Positions 25,870 to 38,613 of a stretch of 64,000 nucleotides of DNA are shown here, one piece after another. Source of the DNA: Balamuthia mandrillaris (lineage: Eukaryota); the NCBI GenBank assembly GCA_031835245.2, contig JAVKOQ020000014.1, positions 124,001 through 188,000 of the forward strand, given 5' to 3'. Under the pieces are notes generated by a model, which was given only the letters and a program-made list of their open reading frames with translations, did not search any database and had not been told where the DNA came from. Every line of letters starts with the position of its first letter. Position 1 is the stretch's first letter. Position numbers and translations under genes: made by a program.

Positions 25870-26439
25870 TGTTCAACACCTATGCATCAACCAGTGATCA
25901 CCATAGTAGGCCTGTTGAACTGTGTGCTAGTTCCTTGAAGGAGGTTATAAATGATCAAAAGGGAGTGTATTCCAGAAGAAAGAAAGAAAGAACGACAATA
26001 GAATAGGGATTTCCATTGTTGCTTTAGAGTACACTGAGAGAAAGGGGAAAGAAAGAAGGAGAAAGGAAGGATGAGGAGATACAAAAAAAAGGAGAGCTGA
26101 GGGTCCAGGACGGAGCCAACATGAGGAGTCTAGAGATAAGTGTTGGTGATTTACCATTGCTTATTTATTGACTTAGAGATTGCTAAGAAATTCCACATTC
26201 AATTTTATCCATTGAAATCTTCCCTGAACATGGTGTTAACAACTCAGTAGCAGAAGTTCACAGAGTAGCCCTCTCTGTTCCAGTTGCATGTGGAAAGCTT
26301 TGTTTTCATCATCACTTCTGCATCCTTTTGCTCTCTCAAAGTAAGACAGTTACTCATTTTCAGCCATGACATGCTGAAGAAATTGAGCCTTGAAATTAAT
26401 GGTATTTCCATCAATTTCTTGCCACTGCTCAAGTTCTAT

Positions 26440-26838
26440 CTGCAATTTTGGTTTTCCCAAGATCATTCAATCTGATAATGGTACAGAGTTTGCCAATGCT
26501 GTATTGATCACTTTCAAGAACCTAGCTGGATTTGACCATCATTTCATCATATCATCCCCAAGCTAACAGTGCTGCTGAGAGTCACATTAAACTGGCCAAA
26601 TTTCTTCTCTTCAAACTTCTCAACAGTAACTGGTCCTCCTGGTCTACCTTTCTTCCCACTGTACAGAAAGGTATTAATGATTGCTACACCTCTCAGCGTC
26701 ATTTTTCTCTCTTTGAGCTCTTCTTTGGTTGTCCTTCAAAACCTGACAGACAACTTTTCTTCTTCTACTTCTTCATCACTCTCTCCTGAAGAACATCAAA
26801 AGCAGATTCTTGACCTTTGCTCTCTTGTTTGGCCTTAG
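26440..26838 (+). pseudogene. Gypsy integrase core fragment
   Basis: SDNGTEFAN..SSYHPQANSAAE..W..FLPTVQKGIND..FSLFELFFG with frameshifts. Confidence 0.8.
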
Positions 26839-26964
26839 AGTTGCCGTTATTGTTGATGGCATGAGTAACGATTCTCTCCTCCTCCTCTCTCCTTTAGTCA
26901 TTTTTACCCTCTCTATTTCCAAAAACCAAAACACAAAATAAAATAAATAGATAAAACACAACAA

Positions 26965-27120
26965 GGAATTGAGTTGACCAAACGGCCACACGTGGTGATA
27001 GCAACCAGGAAGCTCATGGACCACCTTCAGAGTCATCAAGACAATCAGGCTTGCTTCAAAAAGTTATGGTTCTTGCTTCTTGATGAGGCTGATTATCTGA
27101 CTGAAAAAAAATGGTTGGGG
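26965..27120 (+). pseudogene. DEAD-box helicase fragment (DDX49/DBP8-like motifs Ib-II)
   Basis: KRPHVVIAT.KLMDHL..FKKLWFLLLDEAD; the other helicase motifs are absent. Confidence 0.6.
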
Positions 27121-27529
27121 AACGAGCCACTTCAATTTGGTCCTATCATGTCGACATGAGGCACGCCAAAGTTCTCATGTCGACAAACCAAAAGAAGGAA
27201 ACTTTAAAAAAAAGATTCGTTCAACTTTACCCAAGATTAAAGACCGGTCCCCACAAACCAAAAAAAAAAATACAAACAAAAAATACACACATAATGGGCA
27301 AGCTTGTTACGCAACAGGGGATCACCACCAGCAAAGAACGCTTTTTGTTACTATGAAACCAAGCTTTTGGAAAACAAAAGGAAGGCCAACGTAAACGGAC
27401 CGTGGCACAGAGCAAGCGTTTGCTTGAGGAACTTAGTGGAGGTTTGTTCTACCTGCAATGCTGACGCCCTGTTGGTTCATGGTGCAGCTGTTCACCACTT
27501 TGTGTTAACCAAATCCATTCACACAACTG

Positions 27530-27961
27530 GATGAAGGTGAGGTTGGAAAACTGCTGAGCGAGCTTCTTCAAAGCAACTGGGGCCGCCCAATCTTGCAGGA
27601 GATTGAAGAAAACGCCCTCCGTCCCATTGCCCAAGCCGTTCAACTCGGTTACAAGGCTTCTAAAAGGCAGCAACGGTCCCAGTGGTTGTCTGTCCTGCGC
27701 AGTGCTGCTACCTTTGTCTCTGCCAAGGAATGGCGAAGCCTTGGGGCTGACTTTACAAGCAAGGCATGGTACGTTCTCTTTTGTTACTATGGAGTACTTG
27801 TTCCTTACACCATTTATTGCTCACTACACATTGCTGTTGTCATCGCCATCACCATCGCCATCGTCATCGCCATCGCCATCACCATCGCCATCACCATCGC
27901 CATCGCCATTGCCATTGCCATCGCCATCGCCATTGCCATTGCCATCGCCATCGCCCACTTG

Positions 27962-27995
<34 letters not shown>

Positions 27996-29344
27996 TTCAT
28001 CATTTCTGTTTCTTTCGTTATTAACATATTTATTTCTCACTGTTTCTCTTTCTCTTTTTTCCTTCCTTTCTCCCTTTCTTTCTCTTTTTACTCTACAGGA
28101 CTCAAGCTGGTCATCATTTGAGAAAATATGGAGGAGGGTCTCCTGTGCCAAAGCCAGTGCCGCGTATGTTCCTGCACAAAGTATCTGATGACGTTATTGC
28201 AACTGTTCAGGACTACTGCATGAAGAACTCCCGCCCAGCCGACAACAAAACAGTAACGCTCAAAAGAAAACAAAAAGCACAGCCCGCTGAAGTTATTCCC
28301 CTCCGTTATTGGAATAAGAGCATCACCGCTGTCTGGCAGTCCTTCCAAAAGGTCTTTCCTGAGACGGACATTAGCCTAAAAACCTTTCAAAAGTATGCTC
28401 CTCCACAAATCAAATGCTGCAAAAGACGAACAGCTGTCTGCAGCAAATGCCTCAATGGAGCAAAGTGTGAACAACAGCTGAAACAGCTTCTACAAAAGAT
28501 GGAGGCTTCCATGGAAGAAGGAAGACAGCTTCAAGCCTTGCGAAAGGAAGAAGAGGAGGTCACAAGCCTTCCACGTTCCTGTCTCCTTGGGTTGTGTGCT
28601 CATGACCTGCACCAAAACCCATCCACAACTGCTTCTGTCTCTTCCTCTTCCATCTCTTCCTCCCTCATTGCTCCAATCCCTTTCGTTGGAACAACTTCCA
28701 CTCTCACAACTGCACCTGCTGACCTTCTTCTTGAAGCTGAAACTTGGCCAAAACACATTACTTGCTTACGAAGAGAAGTGGAACACTATTACCACCACCA
28801 AGAACACGTAGAACAGCAAAAACAAAGCTATCGTCAACAAAAAGAGCAACTCAAAGCTCAAACAGAAGGCATTCTTGTGTTGGACTACAAAGAAACTCTT
28901 CGCCTAGGACAGAGTCTGGATGAAGAAACACGAACCTTCTATAAACAGCCACAACGAGCAGTGTTTGGTGCTGTTCTCTTGTACCGGGAGGCAGAGGGAC
29001 AACCTTTGCATGTGCACTACTTTGATGTGGTGTCTGCTGTGCTGATGAATAACTCTTGGATCACGGTGCGATGGCTAAGGGAGATCTTCACATGTCCTGA
29101 ATGGAAGCAGTTCAACTTCAAAACGATACATGTGTGGATGGACAATGGACCGAGCCACTTTCGTACAGGAGAGACCTTCTTTTATTTTCTTTCAATGATG
29201 TGTAAAGACGCTGGCATTGTTGATAAGCTCTCTATCAACTTTTATGCAGATAACCACGGCAAGAGTATCTGTGACTGTCACTTCTCCATGGTATCGAAGG
29301 CTGTTTCTGAGTGGACTAAACAACAAAACAAAGAGGTCTATTAA
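27530..29344 (+). mobile_element. Spliced DDD-type DNA transposase, Sola-like; intron ~27769-28098; C-terminus apparently truncated
   Basis: 408-aa open exon with CSKC, LVLDYKE, VWMDNGPSHFR and NHGKSICDCHF. The upstream exon joins at KAW|TQAGHH across a (GCCATC)n/CT-rich intron. Confidence 0.7.
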
Positions 29345-29445
29345 CCAAGACTTTCTGTTTCTCTCTTTTTCTCTTTTTCTTTTTTATCTTTCTCTTTTTG
29401 TTTTTTTTTTTTGTTTGTCTTTTAGTATGAACCCAAGCAAATAAG

Positions 29446-29471
29446 GGTGTGTTTCAAATTTGAAACACACC
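29446..29471. repeat. Perfect 26-bp palindrome GGTGTGTTTCAAATTTGAAACACACC
   Basis: Read directly from the sequence. Confidence 0.95.
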
Positions 29472-29999
29472 ATCAGTGTAAGTAAAACCACAGGTTGATA
29501 TTGTTCTTTTATAAAACATTACAGCTTGTAGGACAGAAGATTTCAGAGCTCAAGCTGTTCAATTGGAAGAAAGCCTTCACTTAACTTCAAGGTAGGTTAC
29601 CATGAGTTTTTTTACAAGGTCTGTTTGCTGAACTTAAGCTGACAACAACAGCTTAGGCAGAATCTATTTGAAGTGTGAAGAGCTATTGCATAGCAGAGGA
29701 GCTTTGCTCAACAGCGAAAAAGACTGCTTAGTGCTACCCTGAGCGAGAAGTGAGAAAGCAAAAACGAATAAGCACCCAAAAGAATGAAGGGACAAAACTG
29801 GGAAAGGAAAAAAAGGACAGAGCAAAAAAGGGAAAAATGGACAGGAATAAGGTCATGTCGTCCTGTAAAACACATTTAGGGGGATTCAATTTATTGGAGG
29901 GGTCATGCTGCATTTTTGATTGAAGGGACGAATTTTTCCCAATATCATTGCTTTTCAGTCATCTTTTGAAAAAAAGTTTTGCTGAGAGCATGGGGTGTC

Positions 30000-30420
30000 T
30001 TTTATCTATCATGCCCAGGAAACGGTCCTCTTTCCTTCCTTTTGCTGCCTCCACCACCAAAGAATATAATGACAAGATTGCTGACTCACACAATAAAAAG
30101 CTCCTTTTGTCTCCTTTGCTTCTGGTGACACTGTAATGCTTGTAAACTCTGGTGCAAATGCTAAAACTGATCCAAAGTACCTTGGTCCTTTCCAAGTTAT
30201 CAAATGTACCTGTCATGATGCTTACTGCCTAGAAGATCTCACTGGTCAACCTGTTCTAATGGTTCCACCTTCCCTCTGGAAGAAAGTTGATCCCCCTCTT
30301 CTTTGGACTCTGCTGACGTCATCCCACTTCAAAATGCTATGAGGTCCGCATTATCATTAATCATTGAATTCAATGCACCATGGTGAGTTGCATTTTGGAT
30401 AGCTGCTGGCAAGGTTTGTT
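30000..30420 (+). pseudogene. Gypsy integrase C-terminal (GPF) fragment and decayed chromodomain start
   Basis: KTDPKYLGPFQVIK..AYCLED, followed by YEV..IINH. Confidence 0.6.
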
Positions 30421-30561
30421 CACATCTGTGTTGTTATCCTTGATATCCTCCTCACCTCACTAACTATTTGATTGTTGTGGTCTCTTCGACTATTACCAAA
30501 GTAAACACAAATAAGTACACACATGTTTTTTTCGTTTTTTTTTAAACTTGTTGCATTGTTG

Positions 30562-33500
30562 TGTGATAAGGCCGGTAGGGGAACAACCTAACGGACACCA
30601 ACTTGATGGGCGTAGGGAAAAGACCTTTAATGAAATGAAAGAAAGAGATATATATACAAGGAGAGATAGGGATAGGTATTATGGGAGAGTGGTATAACAC
30701 TTCCCCCTCCCAGGCCAAAGTCATCTGTGATTGACTGTCAGGCCGATAATCATGATACCGCTCTCCAATATGCCTGGACCAGGTCTGGGGCGTTGATAAC
30801 ATTATGTTCAGGCTCCCAAGAGTTGTGGCGGTTGGAGAAACCTTTCCACTTCAACCTATATTCAAGTCCTCGACTGGTGTAGCGGTGATCTAAAACTTTC
30901 TCAACCTCATATTCGTCATCAGCGAGCTCTCTATCTTTGTCGTTACGCGGGATGAATCGTTTGATGCGGTTGAGGTTTACCACTTTATCCATTTCAGGAC
31001 CAGCAGTATTTCGCACCTTGATTGTCTGCGGAGAACAGATTTCAATAATCTTGTAAGGTCCTCCTTTCCAACTACATTGAAGTTTCCTTGACTCGCCTAC
31101 TGATGTGGCTTTGGAGTGAATGAGAACCAGGTTGCCAACCTTAAACTCATCCTCCGGCTTGCCATGCCGTTTCTCCGTCTTCTTCTTTTGAACATTGTCT
31201 ACTCCGTGGGCTTCTTCTGCAAGTTCATGCTGTGTCTCCTGCAGTTGCCTCACCCACGAATCATCGGACAGATGAGTAGTGTCCACCAAACCGGTACCAT
31301 TGGACTTCCTCCCAAACATCAGCTCGTAAGGGGTAAATCATCATCCTGGCAGCAGCGCATGGTGATAAGAATAAAGTAGCATTGGAAGGTACGCACTCCA
31401 GGCTTGTTGCCTGCCATCCACGAATTTGCGGAGCTGCTCCTTAAGGGTGCGGTTGTATTGTTCAACCATGCTGTTTCCTTGGGGATGCTCTGCCATGGCG
31501 TATTTACGCTTGATGCCCAGAAGAGTCGAAAGCTCATTGTTGAGTTTGTTAATGAACTCTCTTCCTTGATCAGACAGAAGCTCCTTCAGGAGGTCTGTGC
31601 TCACGAAGATCTCAAGTAAGGCCTTTGCCACTTCCTTTGCTTGTTTCGTCTTCAATGGACGAATGTCTGGCCAACACATGAAGGCGTCAATGGTGACCAA
31701 GGCGTATCAGTACCCTTCGGCCGTCAAGGGCAACTCACCGATCAGGTCCATGCAGACCAACTTGCTTGGCTCGTTTGCAATGATGTGACCCAATGGCCCA
31801 TCGGCTTTCTTCCATGGAGCCTTCGCCTCCTGGCATTCCACACAGCCCTTGACCCAATGTTCCACATCTTTGTGAATTCCAGGCCACCAGTACTGCATGA
31901 TGAGGCGGGAGTATATCTTTGTAAGGCCGAAATGCCCACACGTAGGAACATTGTGGAACTGACGAAGTATCTCGTTCCTAAGCTCCTTGGGCATGATTTG
32001 TTGGATGGTAGCTTGTTTGACCTTGGCTTTATCAGGCCAAATCGTGTGTAAAAGATGTCCGTCTTGGAGGAAGCACTGCTCCATGAGCCCAGGCTTTGGC
32101 AGAAGGGTTGACAATGCTCACGATAAGGGCTTTGTACCAACATTCCGGCGGCTGGTCGTCCTGCAAATGGAACTCGAGGGCACGGATAAAGGTCAACGGG
32201 TTGGAAATCTTCGGATCGTCCGGGTCAAACTTGGGAAGATCTCGGGGGAAAGATTGGTTCTTTGCAGAAGGGGCCGAAGAAGCAGATGAAGAAGCGGTGT
32301 TGCAAGGCAAAGGCAGAGGCCAACGCTAACGAGGAAGCCGAGAAAGAGGCGGACTTGGGCTTCATGGGTGTTGAAAAGATCAGGTCATCCTCCGCACAAT
32401 CTTTTTGGAATAGAGTCCGTCGCAACGGCGGATTAGATGTCACAGAGGGGGGAACAACAGAAGAAGTAGGGGCGGGAGGGCGGGAAAAAAGAGGGAACTT
32501 CCCGTTCTCCAGGTCATCAATAGCTTTCGAAAGCCAGTCGATCTTGTTACTGAAGAAGACTGCTTTCTTCTGGTGCTCTTCTTCTTCTTCCAGGGTCGAT
32601 GCCATGGCGGCTTTTTCAAGCTCCTCCGCAGCGCAAACATGGGCGTTCTCAAGGGCGGCTCGAAGGCGTTCCAAACGCTCCTCGAAGGCGGTCGGGGAAA
32701 TCGTCTCGGATTTCTTGTTCTTGGCGTCCATCACGTCTGAGGGGAAATCGCACGAATAATGGTTCCGGCCGTCAAAAAAAATGTTAGAAAGGGCGAATAA
32801 CACGAACGGACGGGGCCAAAACGTATTATTCAAGAGGGAACAAAGGAACAAAGAGTGTCAGGAGAGAAAGGTGTGGTGTGAACTAAACAAAACTAACTAA
32901 CTAAAAGAAAGAGAGAAGGAAGCAACGGAATAAAAGGAAGAAGCCTAGCGATGTGGCAACAGGCGATTGGTCCACGTCAAGGATGTCGACAGGAAGAAAA
33001 GGAAAGGAAAGGGGCAACAGAACTAATATGTTGAGAGTAATTCTCAACATCACTCCCTCTTCCGTTAAAGTGAAGCATAGGGGTCATGGTCCAGCGAGTC
33101 TTCTACCAGTTCATTGATAGCACGGCAGTACTCGTAATAGCTGTCAACGTCATCACACTGCAAATAAGAAAGAGTAGCAGAGGGACCAGGAGGGGGGCCA
33201 GATCGGATAGCAGTGGCAGGAGGGCAATCTTGCATCACCTTGACCTTGTTCTGCATGGGACTAATTCCGTCGCTAGACACCATGTGTCCAAGGTACTCCA
33301 TCATCTCCTTTACAAAGGCGCATTTGTTGACCTTCACGTAGAGTCGATACTCACAGAGACGCTCAAAGACCTTGTGTAAGTGAACGAGGTGGTCCTCAAA
33401 TGTCTTGGAAAAAACGATGAGGTCGTTGATGTGACACCAAGAAAACTTCTACTTGAATTCACCAAAGATCTCATCCATTCCTTGTTGGAACATAGCTGGA

Positions 33501-36152
33501 GCATTGGTAGGTCCGAAGGGCATAACCATAGGCTCAAACTGGCCGGATTTTGTAATGAAGGCACACATATTTGCAGTACACTCCTCCATTAGGAAGTGCC
33601 AATAACCACACGCTAGGTCAAACTTGGACCGGAACTTGGAGCCGTGGAGGCAATTCAGTCCGTCCTCAACATTTGGCATAGGATAGAAGTCCTTCACTGT
33701 CATTTGTTTAGCTCTCTGTAATCGATACAGAAACGTGGTTTTCCGTCCTTCTTGATGACAATGATTACTGGGTGTGCCCATTCGCTGACAGATTTGCGAA
33801 TGACGCCCATGAGTAGCATGTCATTCGTGGCAGCGTTGATGGTCTCCTGAACCTTGGCGCTGACCTTGTGAGGCTTCACACGGATGGGGGTATAATCCGT
33901 TAGGACTATCTTGTGGGGAGGAAGTTTAACACTTCCCAGCTCAGGAAGCTTGTAGCAGAAGACGTCCTTGAATTCAAGGGCCAGCTCTAGAAGCCATGCT
34001 TTCTGCCCAATATCCAGGTCCGTGTCGTTCATAAGCTCTCTCAGGCTCGTCATTACCTCTTCCTCGGTGGGAAGCTCCACTGGGTAGATAACGTCCACAA
34101 TGTCTTGGGTCTCCTTTGTGACTGAGGTGCACACTCAGTTGTCATCAGAGTCGCAAGACGAACCTTCCACAGGTTTGCTCTCAGCGAGAAGCAACCAGTG
34201 TCATCGTGCTTCCAAAATGTCCCAGCTGATGAGAAAATCATGAGGCATCGGATCATCCTCTGCCAAGACTGCAACAGTTGCCTTGACGTTCTCATGAGTA
34301 GGCGGAAACAAAGAGTGACGTAACCCTTCGGCTTCACTTCATGGCCAGTGGCACTTCTCCACATATCTCTGTTATGTAGGCTACTCATTCTTACTTCTTC
34401 AGGCAGAAGTGTTTCTCGAACAAAGCTATTGGTGGCACAGGAGTCCAGTGCGGCCTCAATTGTCCTTCCTCCGGAGATCTTCAATGTCATCCTCAGCAGA
34501 CAACGCGTGTTCTTGATGACAATATTCATCGATCCTGTCCTTCCACCAGCACTGTCCTTCTGGGCCAGCGCCTGGCTTTGGCTTCCAGACTTGCCCTTTG
34601 TGTCCCGCAAAGCACCGCCAACAGTGTCCTTCTTCTTGCTTTGGTTGACACGTTTCTTTTCTGAGCACTCTCTTGTCCAGTGCTCTCTCGACTTGCAGTT
34701 GTAGCAAAAGGGTCGCTTTTTCCTCCCGTCATTGCCTGAACTGCTGTCGTTATTGTTCTTCTCCCGCCTTGAGCTCTTTGACTGATGGTCTAAGCTCCTT
34801 TTTGCATGTTTGCGTCCTTCCCAGTCTCTAGCAAGGTTCAGGGCATCAGCCATATTAGCAATGTCTTCCCACTGAAGGAATTTCTCCTTCAGGTCCGGAA
34901 CAGCACCTGTGATGAACTTCTCCAAGACCTGAGTCTTGCTGAAATCCGTGAGAAAAGCCTCTCGCAGCGCTGTACGCACTTGCAAGTTCCAGGCGTCTAC
35001 AGACTCATCAATGTTCATCTGGAGGTTACCAAGCTTCATGATCTTAGCAGTCGCTTGGTCACGATGCTGGAAGCAGTTGAGGAGCTGTGTTTTCACCTCC
35101 ATGGGGGTTAGTAGGACTCCACCTTTTGTTTGTTCTTGCTTGAGGAAGCAGCAAATGACGTCAGCGTTGTCACAAAGTTGTCCTTCAAAGTGAAGGATAT
35201 AGTCCTGATGACTCCAGCCAGCAGCAGTCGCATAGTGGTTGAATGAGGTCAAAAAGATGTTTGGGTCCTTGTTTGGCTTGCCATGGAAAGTTGGCAGCGT
35301 TTCTGTGGTAAGCAGACTCTGCATTGGCTGAATATCACCCAAGCTGTCACCAGTGTTGTGTTTGGTGGTACATCGTCATAAATCTTGACGGCGTGCCGTA
35401 AGGTTGAGTGCAGGTTTTCTCTTCTCCTTCTCCTTTTCTTCCTCCTCTTCGCTTGATGATGAAGAACTGGACCCAGAGCCAAGACCATCATCTTTATCCG
35501 CAAGTTTGGCCTTAAGAAGGTTTTGCAGTTGAGAGATTGCATCATTAAGAGCTGCTAAAGCTACATCATGACTATCATTCACTCGTTTGATGTCGTTCAA
35601 GAGCTCATCTGCAAAGGTTTCCAATTTTGCATCGATATGGTGGATATGGTCAGACAAAGAAGAAGCATCGCTAGTCTGCTTGACCAAGAGCCTGTCGTGG
35701 TCCGCTTGGCTTGCGCGAAGCTCAGAGAGAGCCTGGTCAATGGCATCTAGTCTGTCCGTGGGAAGGGTTGTAGAAGTAGTAGTAGGGGAAGGAGTGCCAG
35801 AAGCTGGAGGGATAGCACCACTGGAAGGTGGACCGCTCTGCGCACCAGAAGAAGGAGTTGTACCAGACTGCGGGGAAGTTCCTGACATTTTACATCACCG
35901 AACACTGCTACGGAAGCGCTCCAAGTTTCCTCCAGAAAACCCTGAGTATCCAAAAATAGGTTAAACACCTGAAAACCGAACTTACCAAGAAAAAAGTAAG
36001 CTGATGTCGCCAAGTGTGATAAGGCCGGTAGGGAAACAACCTAATGGACACCAACTCAATGGGCATAGGGAAAAGACTTTTAATGAAATAAAAGAAAGAG
36101 ATATATATACAAGGAGAGATAGGGATAGGTATTATAGGAGAGTGGTATAACA
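30562..36152 (-). mobile_element. Decayed chromodomain-bearing Ty3/Gypsy LTR retrotransposon (family A)
   Basis: 138-bp LTRs at 36015-36152 and 30562-30699 (8 differences by my count, all transitions). PBS-like TGGCGACATC lies 2 nt inside the 5' LTR and PPT GGAGGGGGAAG precedes the 3' LTR. Gag CYNCKSREHWTREC, protease LDSCA, RT RFCIDYRELN and MPFGPTNAP, integrase HHCC plus SDQGREF..HPQGN, chromodomain YEVEKVLDHR..KWKG..NSWEP. Many stops; RNase H is missing. Confidence 0.95.
32090..33210 (-). mobile_element. Nested family-B fragment: ORF tail + PPT + single LTR (32782-33049) + gag 5' part
   Basis: The LTR matches 25602-25869. It is preceded by GGAAAGAGGGAGTGA and followed by T8 and a gag-like ORF (..DLPKFDPDD..LTFIRALEFHL). 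Confidence 0.8.
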
Positions 36153-37089
36153 CTTGTCCAATGCTTTATCCTTGCTGACTTAGTTATCGTCATCATCATC
36201 ATCTACTCCTTCATTGCCTCGTCCCTTTTCATCTCCTGCTTCGTCATTGGCGTCACAAACACAACAAGTAAGCAAAAAAAAAGAGTAAAGTTTTCAACAA
36301 AAAAAAATGGTGGTACCTTGAAGAGGAAACTGAAAAGGTATAGAATCCAACGAAATGACAAAGTTAATGCCCTGCTGGATGCTATGCGCAAGACACTGGG
36401 GACCTTGGCACTGAAAACAAGTCTCCACAAACTCATGGGAGAGCTCTGCCAAGAGGCCATGATTGACAAACTGCATGGCGTGTTGGATTTCGCTCTTGCT
36501 CCTCTGCAAAGCCCAACTCTTTCTCCACCTCCACTTTTGCGGTACCATCAAGGGTTTTCGCTCAAACAATCGCTCTTCTCTTCTTGTTGTTCGTATCCTT
36601 CATACATTCCACCTCATCTTTCTCAAATCTTCTCGTTTTGATTTGTGATTGTAAAATCATTTAAGTAGGCCTCTATAGTAGACACTTGTCCCTTGAGAAG
36701 AAGTCCATCTTCATAAGACAGCATGAGAGAAGGTATGAATGTCATCTTCAGAGTTGGTAAGATGTGGAATGGCTTTGCCACCTGACTTGGTGAACAGCAG
36801 TTAATCTTCCATGTGGTTGACGATGACTGCAGCCTTTGCACCTAAGCTCTCCAACGTTTTTAACTTTTCTAGAAAAGTGCAGTGGTGTTGCTCTTAGAGC
36901 AAATAAACTTCTTATTACTATTAGAAACATGCAGTTACCTCTCCATATCAATACAAACTTGCCTGTCAGCTCTTCTTTCAACGCATGCCACTGTTCCTGA
37001 AGAGGTTCAGCTGAATATTGGTATGAGATAATTTTGTGAGAGGAGAGAGAGAGACAGAGAGAGAGAAAGAGAGAAAGAGAGCAAGCGAG

Positions 37090-37627
37090 CATATCTAGTC
37101 TGCTGGAAAGGCTATGGCCCTGGAGGTGACTCCTGGGAACCCCAAGTCACTTCAACAATCCCTGCACTATTGACAATTATTGGAAACATATGCATAAGAA
37201 AGGTAAAATCGTCACTTCACAAAGGAGGAAGTGAGGTTGGCAACTGCCAACATAATCAGCTCTTTCTTTGTTTTGTTCTTCTTTCCTTTCTCCTTTTCTG
37301 TTGACAATCTTATGTCAGCTGTCATTGATCTATGTCAATGCCAAGCCATTCTGAAGATCTTTCTCCTGCCTTCCCTAGAACTTTCCCAAGCCTAGAACTT
37401 AAGAACAGAGAAACCAAGAAGTCAGTTCCCAACCCTGAGCCTCTTTCCTTCCTTAACTATAAATACTTTTCCTACAATCAAGAACAGATGAATAAATGAA
37501 GCAATAACAACACACTAATCAACACATTTGTTCCCTTCTTCTCATTAAATACATTTGGCTTCCATCTTTCTCTTTGTTCCTGTCTTGATTCTGTGCTCAG
37601 GCTCCTCCACTTTTCCTTACTTTTACA
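37090..37627 (+). mobile_element. 3' end of another chromovirus: chromodomain tail, PPT and LTR from ~37235 (right end uncertain)
   Basis: YLVCWKGYGPGGDSWEP..IDNYW, then AAAGGAGGAAGTGA, then the hairpin GTTGGCA-ac-TGCCAAC. A related motif occurs on the minus strand at ~23966-23982. Confidence 0.65.
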
Positions 37628-37799
37628 TTACTATACACCAAAGCTCCTGTCAAGTAGAAGGAAATGCAACAGAGCTCAAGAGATGAAACAATGCAAGCAA
37701 AGTTGCAAATGAGTCTGGAGATTTGGGACAGCAAGAACAAGTTGGAAGCATAAAAAGTTCTTCACATTTTATCAATTAAGAATTACATCAGTCTTAGCA

Positions 37800-38560
37800 T
37801 TTTGTAGCTTTGGGAACACTGTTTCATTAAATGGTTTAAAGTTGAGCTGTCCATCACTTCCAAGGTGAATTAACCAGTAATTTGCATTTTTTCTGCTTGT
37901 AACCTTCTTAGTTGGTAATGTATTTGATGTTATGCACCAAGTCACTCACTACCATACGAATTTTAGTAGTTGTGGGAATGAGTAAATGGGCCATCATAGA
38001 AGGACCCTTGTCAGTCCTTTTGCTCAGCTGTCATCACTGGTTTATCTTTTTGCTCAACCCATACAACACAGTTATGCTGCTTTTGATTAGGTAGCTGTTC
38101 TAAATGCCCCAAGGAACCTTCAAAGAGTTTAGCAGCCTTCTGCAGTGCTGGTGGCCAGAGTTGTTCAGGAGGAGCACAGAAAGGAATCAATTCCTTGCAG
38201 ACTTCTTTGGAGAGGTAGCGTTGTGGAGTCAGCACTCCATTTCAGTGGTATCCATCCCTTTTTATTCAACTCCCCACAAAACTCCAGCAAGAATTGGTCC
38301 AAAGGCACATCACCAAGGCCATTGCAATGGGAAGCCAGGATCACTGCTGCACAAATTAAATCTTCCAAGGCCTTGCCTATGTTGACTAGTGTTTGCTTTC
38401 CTTTAACACTTTGCATTGATGGGTAGCATTGTGTGATTTTCCACACTTCAGTCCATCGTTCTGCCAGGGATTGATTGTAGGTGCCAATTGCTTGTCCAAA
38501 AGGCAGGCAGCCAACGTTGTCCCATTAAGCAAATGCACTGTGTAGTGTCCACATACATAC
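37800..38560 (-). pseudogene. Frameshifted gene remnant (possibly Crinkler/CR-type C-terminal region)
   Basis: GKALEDLICAAVILASH..FLLEFCGEL..LIPFCAPPEQLWP read across frames. The family assignment is from memory only. Confidence 0.3.
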
Positions 38561-38613
38561 GTAATATCTATCACCACAAGAGCAATTGCCATTTATAATA
38601 TCTTGTTGCAACC

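Noticed and set aside
36200..37050. Short coding-like fragments on both strands
   Set aside because: No recognisable motifs, so they could not be assigned.
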